NCBI GenBank assembly: GCA_012523095.1
Contig: JAAYJE010000038.1
Span: 40,244 to 104,243 of the forward strand
From: Actinomycetota bacterium
GTDB lineage: Bacteria > Actinomycetota > Thermoleophilia > RBG-16-64-13
Direction: 5' to 3'
DNA length: 64,000 nt
Below, one piece after another: positions 35,048 through 44,109 of the stretch. The number at the start of each line of letters is the position of its first letter. Position 1 is the stretch's first letter. The translations under genes were made by a program, and so were the position numbers. A model generated the notes under the pieces. It saw nothing but the letters and a program-made list of their open reading frames with translations. It did no database searches and was not told where the DNA came from.

Positions 35048-36891
35048 CAGGATCCCTCCCCTTCAGCCGACACTGGTCGGACGATCGCATCTTGTCTGCA
35101 CAGTTGCGAACAGATCCCACAGCCGGCACATTCGGTCGCGCTGATCTCCACCTTGAGATCGTCGTCGGCGTCGGTGTAGAGGTTGAGCGCCCCACACCCC
35201 GCCTGGAGACAACGTTTGCACCCTATGCAGAGCTCGGAAACGACCTGATAGACAGGCTTGCGGATCTTGAATTGTAGAACGCACGGGGCTTTGGCGATCA
35301 CCACGGAGGCCTCGTCGGCGGCGAGTTCCTCACGGAGCACCCGCTCCGTCTCAGCCATGTCATAAGGGTCGATGGTCGTCACCCGCTTGATGCCGAGCGC
35401 AGCACACAAAGCGGGAATGTCCACCACCGCTGAGGGTTCGCCCAGCAGTGTCTTGCCCGTCCCTGGGTTCTCCTGACCTCCGGTCATGGCGGTCGTGCTG
35501 TTGTCGGCGATGATGCTGAGCGTCTTGCCGCCGTTGTAGGCCACATCCATGAGAGAGGTGATGCCCGAGTGGAAGAAGGTGCTATCGCCGATGACGCCGA
35601 CGATCTTCTTGCGGAGGTCGGGCTTGGCGTCCTCAGCCGGCGGCTCCAACACCTTGGCCATGCCGTGCGCCATGCTGATGCTGGCTCCCATGCAGGTGCT
35701 GCAATGCACCGCGTTGTACGGGGGCAACGCGCCCATGGTGTAGCACCCGATGTCGCCGCTCACGTAGACCCGCAGCTTCTTGAGCACTACAAACAGGCCT
35801 CGATGCGAACATCCGGGGCAGAATGTGGGAGGCCGGCCCGGCAGATCCGTCGCCTGCGGGCCCAGGTCGCCGAGAAGATCGGGGTTGACGCCCGGCAATC
35901 CTGCGCGGGCAAGCGACTGCGCAACCAGTCGAGCGTTCAGTTCGCCCTCCAGACTGTTCAGCTCCTTGCCTCCGTCGACCTTGATACCCATGAGCCTGAT
36001 GGCTTCTTCGAGGAAGGGGTCTAGCTCTTCGACCACATACAACTTATCCACCTTGGCCCGGAAGTCAGCGATAAGCTTTGCCGGCAGGGGGAAGATCATG
36101 CCTAGTTTGAGGTAGCTGGCGTCCGGAAGAGCCTCGCGCACGTAGCCGTAGATGGCTCCTGAAGTGATGATGCCCACACGGGTATCACCCATTTCCACCC
36201 GATTGAACGGGCAGGTCTCGGCGTACTCGGCCATATCCAGGACCCTCTGCTCGACCACCTGATGCCGTACGATGGCGTTTTGCGGCATCATGAGGTACTT
36301 GGTCCAGTCGCGGCGTACCGCGGCGACGGGCGCCGTCTCGACGCGTTCACCCATCGTCACCAGACTCTTCGAATGCGACGTCCGGGTGGTGGTGCGGAAC
36401 AGCACCGGGGTATCGAATCGCTCGGAAAGATCGTAGGCGGCAACCATGAACTCCTTGGCTTCGCCGCTGTCGGAAGGCTCCAACACGGGGACGCGCGCGA
36501 ACTTGGCATAGTTGCGATTATCCTGCTCATCCTGAGAACTGTGCATCCCCGGGTCGTCAGCGGACACCACGACCAGACCCGCCTCCACCCCCACGTAGGA
36601 GGATGAGAAGAAGGGGTCGGCGGCTACGTTCAATCCCACGTGTTTCATACACACGAGCGCCCGTCCACCGGCCATGGACGCTCCGACGCCCACCTCCATC
36701 GCCACCTTCTCGTTGGGCGACCACTCGCAGTAGACGCCCTCGTAGTCCACCATGGACTCGAGTATCTCTGTGCTAGGGGTACCTGGATAGGCCGCCGCCA
36801 GCCGGACACCGGCTTCCCATGCGCCTCGAGCGATCGCCTCGTTGCCCGAGAGGATCTCCACCGCTTCTGCCGTCTGAGTCTTACTCGTCAT
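35047..36891 (-). CDS. iorA: indolepyruvate/2-oxoacid:ferredoxin oxidoreductase subunit alpha (TPP-binding, two C-terminal [4Fe-4S] motifs)
   Basis: TPP-binding GDIGCYT / GDSTFFHSG regions and C-terminal CIGCKRCLQAGC...CAGCGICSQLC. ATG at 36891 follows GGAGGAGAT. The track start at 36945 would overlap the upstream gene by 43 nt. Confidence 0.8.
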   Translation of the reverse strand: MTSKTQTAEAVEILSGNEAIARGAWEAGVRLAAAYPGTPSTEILESMVDYEGVYCEWSPNEKVAMEVGVGASMAGGRALVCMKHVGLNVAADPFFSSSYVGVEAGLVVVSADDPGMHSSQDEQDNRNYAKFARVPVLEPSDSGEAKEFMVAAYDLSERFDTPVLFRTTTRTSHSKSLVTMGERVETAPVAAVRRDWTKYLMMPQNAIVRHQVVEQRVLDMAEYAETCPFNRVEMGDTRVGIITSGAIYGYVREALPDASYLKLGMIFPLPAKLIADFRAKVDKLYVVEELDPFLEEAIRLMGIKVDGGKELNSLEGELNARLVAQSLARAGLPGVNPDLLGDLGPQATDLPGRPPTFCPGCSHRGLFVVLKKLRVYVSGDIGCYTMGALPPYNAVHCSTCMGASISMAHGMAKVLEPPAEDAKPDLRKKIVGVIGDSTFFHSGITSLMDVAYNGGKTLSIIADNSTTAMTGGQENPGTGKTLLGEPSAVVDIPALCAALGIKRVTTIDPYDMAETERVLREELAADEASVVIAKAPCVLQFKIRKPVYQVVSELCIGCKRCLQAGCGALNLYTDADDDLKVEISATECAGCGICSQLCRQDAIVRPVSAEGEGS

Positions 36892-36902
36892 ATCTCCTCC
36901 GC

Positions 36903-39080
36903 CTATGAAAGGGGGTTGCGGTCGCACCGCCGAGTCGCGTACCACTCCATTCTATCGAGTGCCAGCGCCGCCGACCGGGGCGATGTGAGCACGATGGGGT
37001 GGTAGCGTCTGCCTCGATCGAACACCGAACCACGGATGGGGGTGTCGGGTACGTTGATTATAGGCTTGTCGGTCGTCTCCATCAGCTCGGCGATCAGGTC
37101 GATGAACTCCGTTTCCCAAGGACTGAGCCCCGCATATTCGCCGTCGTCGCAGGTGGGTCGCACGTTACTGCCGCTCGTGGGGATCCCCAATGTGGACAGC
37201 ACGACGACGGCGTCTACAGCGTCACACTCTGCGACAAGCCGGAGCACCCGCGGACCGACATCTCCGCCGGCCGCGGTCACCATGTCGAGCGGATTCTGTC
37301 TGCTCCAGTAGGGAGGCAGGATCTCGTCAAGAGCCTCGTACAACTCGGGCGGGAATTCGGCCAGCTGCAGCCCATGACGAGCCGCCTCGTCGGCCGCCAT
37401 CACGCCGGCACCACCACCGTTGGTGACTATCGCCACCCGGCGTCCTTTGGGCAGCGGGTTGTACGCAAGACAGGCGCCCAACTCTATTACGTCCTGAGAG
37501 CTGGTACAGGTCACTATCCCGGCCTGCCTTGCCGCCGCCTCCCACACCGCGGCGGAACCGGCCATGGCTCCGGTGTGTGACGCCGCAGCTCTGCTGCCGA
37601 ACTCGGTCAGACCGGCCCGGAGCACAACGACCGGCTTGACGGCGGTGGTGCGTCGCGCCGCTTCGAGGAAGCGCCGTCCATCATCGACGCCTTCAACATA
37701 CATCATGATGCACGTGGTGTTCGGATCGTCCCTCAGGTAGTCGAGGGCCTCGGTGACTCCTATCTGGGCTTCGTTGCCGACGCTCAGGAACTTGTCGATG
37801 CCTATGTTGCGCCGTTGGCAGAAGTTCGTGGTCTGGACCCCTATGTTGCCCGATTGCGATACAAAGCTGAGTGTCCCTTTGAGCGGGTGAAGAACAACGA
37901 ACCCGACGGCATGCAGGCTCACCTCGTTGGAGACCATCCCCATGCAGTTAGGTCCCATCAAGGTGACGCCGCCCTCGGACGCGATCCGGGCTATCTCCTG
38001 CTCGGCCTCCACGCCGGAAGCGCCGGTTTCGGAGAAACCGGCGGCGATGGCGATCGCGGCCTTGATACCCTTGCGCCCGCACTGTTCAAGCATCGCGGCC
38101 ACCTGGTGGCCGCCGACGGCGAGCAGAGCCAGATCGGGGGCCTCAGGCAGGTCTTCGATGCTCGTATAGGCCTTCAGACCGAAGAACTCGCCCCCTCTTG
38201 GGTTCACCGGATATACAGTCCCCGTGTAGCCGCCGTCGAGGATGTTCTTGAGGGCGGACCCTCCCCATTTGGTTATGTCTCCGGAAGCTCCGACAACCGC
38301 CATGGATCGCGGCGCCACCAACGGCTTGAGATCAGGGACAAACGCGCTCCGCCGCGGTTCCTTGGTCTGTTCACGAGCAAGGATGATCAGAGCGTCGGCG
38401 GCCACCGGCCGGCCGCCCTCCACCAAGACCGGATTAATATCAATCTCGGCGATCTCGGGATGGTCGAGCGCTATCTGCCCTACAGCCTGAAGGATCTTCC
38501 CGAGCTCAGCTCGGTCCACGGGTGGATAGCCACGGAAAACGCCTAACAGCCGCTTAGCTTTGATCAGATCCGGTAGTTCGGCCGCGTCCTGATCGTCGAG
38601 GGGAGCAAGGCCGAGCACCACGTCGCCAAGCGCCTCCGTGAGAACCCCGCCCAGTCCGAAAGCCACCACCGGCCCGAAGACGGAATCCCGCTTCATCCCC
38701 ACCATGAACTCTCGGTTACCGGCCACCATCTGCTCCACCAGCACCGCTTCGAGTGCGTCTCCGGCCCGCTCCTCCAACAAACGGTACGTCTCGGCCACCG
38801 CTTCCGCGCCTTCGACACCCAACACCACCAGCCCCGCTTCGGTCTTGTGATGGATCTCGCCGCCGACGCCCTTCATCACCACTTTGCCCCCGATGCGCAT
38901 AGCTGCCGCCACCGCCTCGGCTTCGCCCCTTACGAGAGCGCCCGCCGGCACCGGGATACCGTATGTCGCGAACACCTGCTTCGATTGTCGCTCGTCGAGG
39001 GCCGTGGCCCCGGATGCCAGAGCCGCCGATATCAGTTGCTGTACGGCTGCGAAGCCGAGCGCTTGTGATCGTGTGTCCAT
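36903..39080 (-). CDS. ADP-forming acyl-CoA synthetase (acetate--CoA ligase, NDP-forming); fused ATP-grasp (N-terminal) and CoA-binding/ligase-CoA (C-terminal) domains
   Basis: ATP-grasp block SKQVFATYGIPVPAG...GGKVVMKGVGGEIHHKTEAGLVVLGV; CoA-binding MAVVGASGDITKWGGSALKNILDGGYTGTVYPVNP; ..MGPNCMGM.. ATG at 39080 with AAAGGGG RBS. The track start at 39146 is not ATG. Confidence 0.8.
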   Translation of the reverse strand: MDTRSQALGFAAVQQLISAALASGATALDERQSKQVFATYGIPVPAGALVRGEAEAVAAAMRIGGKVVMKGVGGEIHHKTEAGLVVLGVEGAEAVAETYRLLEERAGDALEAVLVEQMVAGNREFMVGMKRDSVFGPVVAFGLGGVLTEALGDVVLGLAPLDDQDAAELPDLIKAKRLLGVFRGYPPVDRAELGKILQAVGQIALDHPEIAEIDINPVLVEGGRPVAADALIILAREQTKEPRRSAFVPDLKPLVAPRSMAVVGASGDITKWGGSALKNILDGGYTGTVYPVNPRGGEFFGLKAYTSIEDLPEAPDLALLAVGGHQVAAMLEQCGRKGIKAAIAIAAGFSETGASGVEAEQEIARIASEGGVTLMGPNCMGMVSNEVSLHAVGFVVLHPLKGTLSFVSQSGNIGVQTTNFCQRRNIGIDKFLSVGNEAQIGVTEALDYLRDDPNTTCIMMYVEGVDDGRRFLEAARRTTAVKPVVVLRAGLTEFGSRAAASHTGAMAGSAAVWEAAARQAGIVTCTSSQDVIELGACLAYNPLPKGRRVAIVTNGGGAGVMAADEAARHGLQLAEFPPELYEALDEILPPYWSRQNPLDMVTAAGGDVGPRVLRLVAECDAVDAVVVLSTLGIPTSGSNVRPTCDDGEYAGLSPWETEFIDLIAELMETTDKPIINVPDTPIRGSVFDRGRRYHPIVLTSPRSAALALDRMEWYATRRCDRNPLS

Positions 39081-39177
39081 GCAGTTACTCACACCCCTTT
39101 GGCTCCTCGCGGATCCCTCGTCGAGCCGGCCCTTTCGCACGCCCACGGCGATGCTAGGTTGTTTGAATGTCCATATG

Positions 39178-39189
39178 ATAACTCGTTAT
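39178..39189. promoter_or_regulatory. Perfect palindrome ATAAC-TC-GTTAT in the divergent promoter between the acyl-CoA synthetase/Ior operon and the GntR gene (candidate FadR-type operator)
   Basis: ataactcgttat at 39178-39189. A nearby direct repeat GTGATT...GTGATT is at 39214-39233. Confidence 0.35.
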
Positions 39190-39261
39190 ACCTTTACGTC
39201 AAGCCGCTATGGTGATTTGGTATAGTGATTATGCCAGTAACCTGCTCCGCAAGGGGAGAGC

Positions 39262-40026
39262 ATGCCCACGTGCAGACAACAGCCCGACGACCTGCAGGAG
39301 ATATCCCTCCTCCCTGAAACCGCGAGCGACAGCGCGGTGCGCTTCCTACGGGCCATGATCTTCTCCGGTGAGCTAGGGCCGGGCGACAAGCTGCCGCCCG
39401 AACGTGACCTCGGTGCGCGACTAGGTATCTCCCGCATGACACTCCGGCTGGCCTTGAAAGCGCTCGAAAGCACGGGCTATATCGTGACCACGCGTGGTTC
39501 GCACGGAGGTTCCCGAGTGGCCGACGCCGATTCCTTGATCCGGTGCTGGAATCAATGGATGTCTCTGCATGCGCAGGAATTGGCCGACATCTTCGAGTTC
39601 CGGACCACTGTGGAAGCGAGGCTTGCGGCTCTGGCCGCAGAGCGGCGCACAGAGGAGGACCTGCGAGCTATGCAGAGGGCGGTCGCCAAAGAACGACGAC
39701 CTCAGGATTGGTCGTCCCTATTCCGCGTCGATGTCGACATCCACAGAAGCATAGCGCGTGCGGCCCGCAGTCCGCGTTTGGAACGAGCCATGCTCTCGTC
39801 TCGAGAGGATTTCTTCGCCCCCGTCAACCTGGCCCATTTCGAAGAGCGGGAACATCAGGTCCACGCTTCACACAACGCCATACTGGAGGCCATCCGGCGC
39901 CGGGACGCCGCGGCGGCTGAAGAGGAGATGCGGCGACACATCCTAGTCATACGGATGCTCACCGATAAGGCTCTGAAGGCTGCGGGGATCGCGCTGCCGC
40001 CGGCCCTTCTCTCATCCCCGCGCTGA
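39262..40026 (+). CDS. GntR family transcriptional regulator (FadR/FCD subfamily)
   Basis: wHTH ..LPPERDLGARLGISRMTLRLALKALESTGYIVTTRGSHGGSRV.. and C-terminal all-helical FCD-like domain. AAGGGGAGAG RBS. Confidence 0.75.
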   Translation: MPTCRQQPDDLQEISLLPETASDSAVRFLRAMIFSGELGPGDKLPPERDLGARLGISRMTLRLALKALESTGYIVTTRGSHGGSRVADADSLIRCWNQWMSLHAQELADIFEFRTTVEARLAALAAERRTEEDLRAMQRAVAKERRPQDWSSLFRVDVDIHRSIARAARSPRLERAMLSSREDFFAPVNLAHFEEREHQVHASHNAILEAIRRRDAAAAEEEMRRHILVIRMLTDKALKAAGIALPPALLSSPR

Positions 40027-40135
40027 GAAGCAGCGCGGAGGCCACGAGCGGCGATCCTCTCCGCCGGCGCCAAGATCAGCGTCGTCTTTACCCGAGCCCA
40101 AGGATCCGACGAGAAGCAACAGGCGCATCTTGCCT

Positions 40136-40879
40136 CTAACGGATCGCGAAGAACACGCGGGTATCGTCACGCGCAAAGGCCTCTTCGACCATCAACGTGC
40201 CGCCGACGATCTGGTCTGACGTCACGGCAAAAAGCAGATTGCCGGCGACGGAGCCGCCCGGCAAGACTTCGCCTGAGTCGAGTATGGAGTCTGGGGCGAT
40301 CGCACCGCTCGGCTTCAATGCGGTCCCCCTTCCACCCACAAACTCATACAGCATATCCATCCAGAACGTGCTCGACTTCTCCCCGACGTAGACGGCTTCT
40401 ATGCTCACAAGGAGATACTGGCTGTCGGGAGCGGGCGGGTCGTTGAACATGTTCTCCTCGAGGACGGCCTGGGTCGCGTTCAGTGTCGTGCTCACAACCT
40501 TCACCCTCCAGCCGCCGACTTGGACTTCCCGGCCTACAGGGATGGGGTTCCGTCGGCCTCCTAACTCACCGATGGTCACGCTCGTCGTAGTCCTGCCCGG
40601 TCTGTCCTCGCTCGTGGTCGCGCTTCCGGTCGCCCCGTCGGCGACGACCGAATCGCCCTCGGTAGTCGTAGCGCCGGCGCCTCCTGTCCGCGCGGTCGAG
40701 GCCTCTGAGGTAGGCTCGCTCCCGGCGCCTCGCGCATCGCACCCTACCGCAGGGCAGACCACAACGACAGAGAGCAGGAACGCTATGACGAGGGCCAGTA
40801 GCGTACGGAGAGCGCCTTGGCCGATGCCATGGTGCTCGTCCGATGCGGCCTTTCCAGATGACCGGCCGGCTGGTAGCAA
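40136..40879 (-). CDS. DUF4352-domain (Ig-like) secreted/lipoprotein with Thr/Gly-rich linker
   Basis: C-terminal ..SQYLLVSIEAVYVGEKSSTFWMDM.. block is typical of DUF4352. Hydrophobic signal-anchor TLLALVIAFLLSVVVVCPAVGC. Start assigned to TTG at 40879 behind AGGAGGGG; the track ORF extends to 41005 with no convincing start. Confidence 0.45.
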   Translation of the reverse strand: MLPAGRSSGKAASDEHHGIGQGALRTLLALVIAFLLSVVVVCPAVGCDARGAGSEPTSEASTARTGGAGATTTEGDSVVADGATGSATTSEDRPGRTTTSVTIGELGGRRNPIPVGREVQVGGWRVKVVSTTLNATQAVLEENMFNDPPAPDSQYLLVSIEAVYVGEKSSTFWMDMLYEFVGGRGTALKPSGAIAPDSILDSGEVLPGGSVAGNLLFAVTSDQIVGGTLMVEEAFARDDTRVFFAIR

Positions 40880-41311
40880 TACCCCTCCTAACGATTCCGG
40901 CTTCTGACACTGGGAGAGTTTAGTGCCTACCGGGCATATAGGACCAGGGTGTAGACATACACGCTGCGCGGACTTACGGCTGCGGCGTGAAAGTGGCCGC
41001 CTCAAGCTCCATGATCGCCTCGGCGATGCCGGGTAGACCGGGGAGCCTGACCCCGCCCAACGAGCTGCCGGAGTCTGGAGTCGCCGTAGATGTAGTAGGA
41101 CGAGCGGGTCGGGGCGATTCGCCTTGATGAGGGCGGAGAACCGCCGCCGACTGTTCCCGAGGCCGCCCCACCCCAGGCTTCCATCATCGACGACGGATAC
41201 TCTGGACTCCGCCTCCTAATAGTCCATGCACGAGCCACGCAAGACGGCCTGTTCACTCCCGGGGCACGTGAAGAGCCCACGCGGCCGACGGTCCTCACGC
41301 CTCTTGCCTTG

Positions 41312-42490
41312 TCAGGCCAGCTGTTCTTGTGCGTGCTTCTGACTGATGGCGGCCGCCAGGTCCTCCAGAGCCTTCAGATCGGTCTCTCTCGGGAAGCCTT
41401 TGCAGATGACGGGATCGAGCACTTCTACCTTCAGATTGGGGATCATCCCGGAGAGAGTCTCCACCATCCTACCGCCCCACCCATACGAGCCCACGATGGA
41501 AAGGAAGCGCGCTTTGGGTTTGAGCGCGTTGGCCAGCAAGGTGGCATAGGCCGCCAACGGGTGTGGTCCCGCAAGAACAGTGCAGCTCCCCACTACCACG
41601 GTACAGGCGTCGAGGAGCACCATGGCCAGCTTGCCGATATCGGTCACGGCTAGATCGAACAGCTCCACCCGAACCCCCCGCTCTTCGAGAGCGGCGGCCA
41701 AGTGCTTCACCATGGTCTCGGTGCTGCCGTGCATGGAGACGTACGGTATGACCACCAGGTTCTTGGGGGGTGCCGACACCCACTCTTTGTACAGATCCAC
41801 GATGAATGCCGGTCGCTCGTAGATCTGCCCGTGACTGGGGGCGATCATTTGGATGTCGTATCCTTTGAGCTTCTCCAGGTTCTTCTCGATCTGAGGCCGG
41901 AACGGAGCCATGATCTCGGCGAAGTAGCGCTTAGCCGCCTCTTCCACCCTGCACTCGTCGGTCACGTAGAGGTCGGAGGCGGCGATGTGAGAGCCGAAGA
42001 AATCGCAACTGAAGAGGATGCGTTCTTCTTCCAGATAGGTGACCATGGTCTCCGGCCAATGGACCCACGGGGTGTGGATGAACGTGAGGGTCTTGCCGCC
42101 CAGCGATAGCTGCTCACCGTCTCCTACGGTGAGAAACGCCTCCTCTCGGATGGCAAGGGCGTCGATCAGCATGTCCTTGCCCCGGGGCGTGACTACCACC
42201 TTCGCGTCGGGATACTTCTCCAACACCATGCCGATGGAGCCGGAGTGATCCTGTTCGGCATGGTGGGAGACGATGTAGTCGATCCTGGGCACATCAGCCA
42301 ACTGACTCAGCAGGGTGGCGGCCTTGGGTGGATCGACCGTGTCTAACAGGGCCACCTTCTCTGTGCCTTCCAACAGATAGGCGTTGTAGGAAGTGCCGTC
42401 CGGGAGCGGGATGAGCGAATCGAAAAGACGCCTCTCCCAATCTACCGCCCCGAGCCACTGGACACCATCTCTGATCTTTCTACGATTCAT
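41312..42490 (-). CDS. FprA-family flavodiiron protein (MBL-like diiron domain plus flavodoxin domain)
   Basis: Diiron ligand motif SHHAEQDHSGS, MBL fold, and C-terminal flavodoxin region (..VIPYVSMHGSTETM..). ATG at 42490 with GGAGG RBS; the track start at 42805 is rejected. Confidence 0.8.
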   Translation of the reverse strand: MNRRKIRDGVQWLGAVDWERRLFDSLIPLPDGTSYNAYLLEGTEKVALLDTVDPPKAATLLSQLADVPRIDYIVSHHAEQDHSGSIGMVLEKYPDAKVVVTPRGKDMLIDALAIREEAFLTVGDGEQLSLGGKTLTFIHTPWVHWPETMVTYLEEERILFSCDFFGSHIAASDLYVTDECRVEEAAKRYFAEIMAPFRPQIEKNLEKLKGYDIQMIAPSHGQIYERPAFIVDLYKEWVSAPPKNLVVIPYVSMHGSTETMVKHLAAALEERGVRVELFDLAVTDIGKLAMVLLDACTVVVGSCTVLAGPHPLAAYATLLANALKPKARFLSIVGSYGWGGRMVETLSGMIPNLKVEVLDPVICKGFPRETDLKALEDLAAAISQKHAQEQLA

Positions 42491-42599
42491 ACTTGTACCT
42501 CCACAAGACTTACCCGGGCAACGCGGGAAGAGGCCCCACGGCCACGTCTCCGGCGCGCCGGTTCTGAGTATCTCTGCCCGATAGACTGCGAAAGAAAAC

Positions 42600-42635
42600 G
42601 TGCGACCACCTGTGCGACCACCTGTGCGACCACCG
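42600..42635. repeat. Three tandem 12-bp direct repeats (gtgcgaccacct x2, gtgcgaccaccg)
   Basis: Read directly at 42600-42635 in the intergenic region between divergent genes 41312-42490 (minus) and 42706-43929 (plus). Confidence 0.7.
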
Positions 42636-42705
42636 GGCAAGCCGGGCGCGTGTGAACGATTGTCGACCACCCGGGTTCTGAGCCCGTTGGTACAATGGAT
42701 GCGTA

Positions 42706-43929
42706 ATGGATTGGAAGACCATGCTCGTCGTCCACCTAGTGGTGGGAGCCCGGGTTCTACTGCCCCTCGTGATCCCTCGCTATCCCTTGTGGGGCATCCT
42801 CGCATGCATGATCCTCGACTCCGCCGATCAGAGCATCCTGGAAGCCTTTGGTGTCGTCTTCCCCCGTTACCAGAGCTACGACAAGGCCCTCGACATCTAC
42901 TACCTTGCGGTGGCGTACCTGGCCACTATGCGCAACTGGGAGAATCTCGCGGCCTTTCAGGTAGGCAGGGTTCTGTTTTATCTCCGTCTCCTCGGAGTGC
43001 TGGCGTTTGAGCTGACGGAAGCCCGCTGGCTTCTGTTCGTCTTTCCCAACGCGTTCGAGGCCTTCTTCGTCTACTACGAGATCGTCCGGCGCCGCGGCAA
43101 CCCGCGGCTCCTGACCCGCAACGCCCTGCTGGTTGTGGTGGCCGTCATCTGGTTCGTGCTCAAGCTTCCACATGAATGGTGGGTCCACATCGCGAAGCTC
43201 GATGCCACGGACTTCGTCAAGACTCACATCCTGGGCGCACCTCCGTCCACCTCTTTCTGGCGGGCGATCATAGAGGCCCCCGCCGTGACAGGGTCGCTGA
43301 CCCTCATCGCGGCGATTCTAGCGTTGGCCGCATGGCACTTCGCTAAGAAGAGAAAGCGCAGGACGGCCCTGAACAGGACCCTGCACGGCGCGACGGCGAA
43401 CGACGCCGGGAGCCTGTTGTCGACGACAGATTCCGATGTGGCTGCGGTCTCGGCGGGTCGGGCCCGGCGCACGCTACGGGTATCCCTCTTTCGTTACCAA
43501 GCCGCGTTCGGTCTGCGGGTCGGGGTCCTCGTGGAAAAGGTTGCGTTGGTAAGTGCCGTATCGGTGATCTTCGGACAGATCCTGCCCGGTATGGAGGCCA
43601 ACGGCATCCGCACGGCGTTCTTCGTCTCGCTGACGGTGGTCATCGGCGACTTCTTGCTCCGCTGGACGCTTCGGCGCTTCATGATCCTGGTGGGAACCTG
43701 GGTGGATGTCTCGATGATGGCCGTTCTCAACTTCTTCTTCGTGCTGCTGTTCCAGTTCATCATCCCGTACGCACCGCGGCACAACCTGGCGCCGGCCCTG
43801 ATCTTTGCTTCGCTCATCACCCTTTTCGTCGCCCTCTACGACGGCTGCCGGCCCATCTATGACGTGCGCGAAGCGGATACTCAGGTCGCCAAGCGTGGCG
43901 CAAGCGCGCCTTCAGCGAGAGGGTATTGA
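42706..43929 (+). CDS. hypothetical polytopic membrane protein
   Basis: 407 aa. Multiple hydrophobic helices at both ends, with a basic loop (KKRKRRTALNRT) in the middle. No recognisable family. Confidence 0.45.
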   Translation: MDWKTMLVVHLVVGARVLLPLVIPRYPLWGILACMILDSADQSILEAFGVVFPRYQSYDKALDIYYLAVAYLATMRNWENLAAFQVGRVLFYLRLLGVLAFELTEARWLLFVFPNAFEAFFVYYEIVRRRGNPRLLTRNALLVVVAVIWFVLKLPHEWWVHIAKLDATDFVKTHILGAPPSTSFWRAIIEAPAVTGSLTLIAAILALAAWHFAKKRKRRTALNRTLHGATANDAGSLLSTTDSDVAAVSAGRARRTLRVSLFRYQAAFGLRVGVLVEKVALVSAVSVIFGQILPGMEANGIRTAFFVSLTVVIGDFLLRWTLRRFMILVGTWVDVSMMAVLNFFFVLLFQFIIPYAPRHNLAPALIFASLITLFVALYDGCRPIYDVREADTQVAKRGASAPSARGY

Positions 43930-44109
43930 TCGCCTGTGTAGATCGCCGCCACCTCCGAGGCGGCCCAGTTCTGCCCAGCCCAGGTCGACGGCAAGTGGGG
44001 ATCCACCAGCCTCTTTCGAAGTCATCGCCCGCGGAGTCTCACTTACGGAGTCTTTATCGACTTGTTCGTATGCTGGACGAGCATCCCCACTCGTGAAGGA
44101 ACAATGACC

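Noticed and set aside
36891-36945. IorA start at 36945 as given by the ORF track
   Set aside because: It would overlap the upstream ADP-forming acyl-CoA synthetase gene by 43 nt. The ATG at 36891 directly follows GGAGGAGAT and leaves an 11-nt gap.
41006-41311. Possible small gene or remnant in the ~300-nt gap upstream of the DUF4352 gene (track ORF 41002-41298 minus)
   Set aside because: Its translation is low-complexity with no RBS. The region is more likely a long leader, or a degraded sequence.
42600-42635. CRISPR array
   Set aside because: There are only three short (12-bp) contiguous repeats with no spacers, and no cas genes in the window.
42600-43010. ORF 42600-43010 (MRPPVRPPVRPP...)
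   Set aside because: Translation of the 12-bp tandem repeat in an intergenic region. It overlaps the real membrane-protein gene out of frame.
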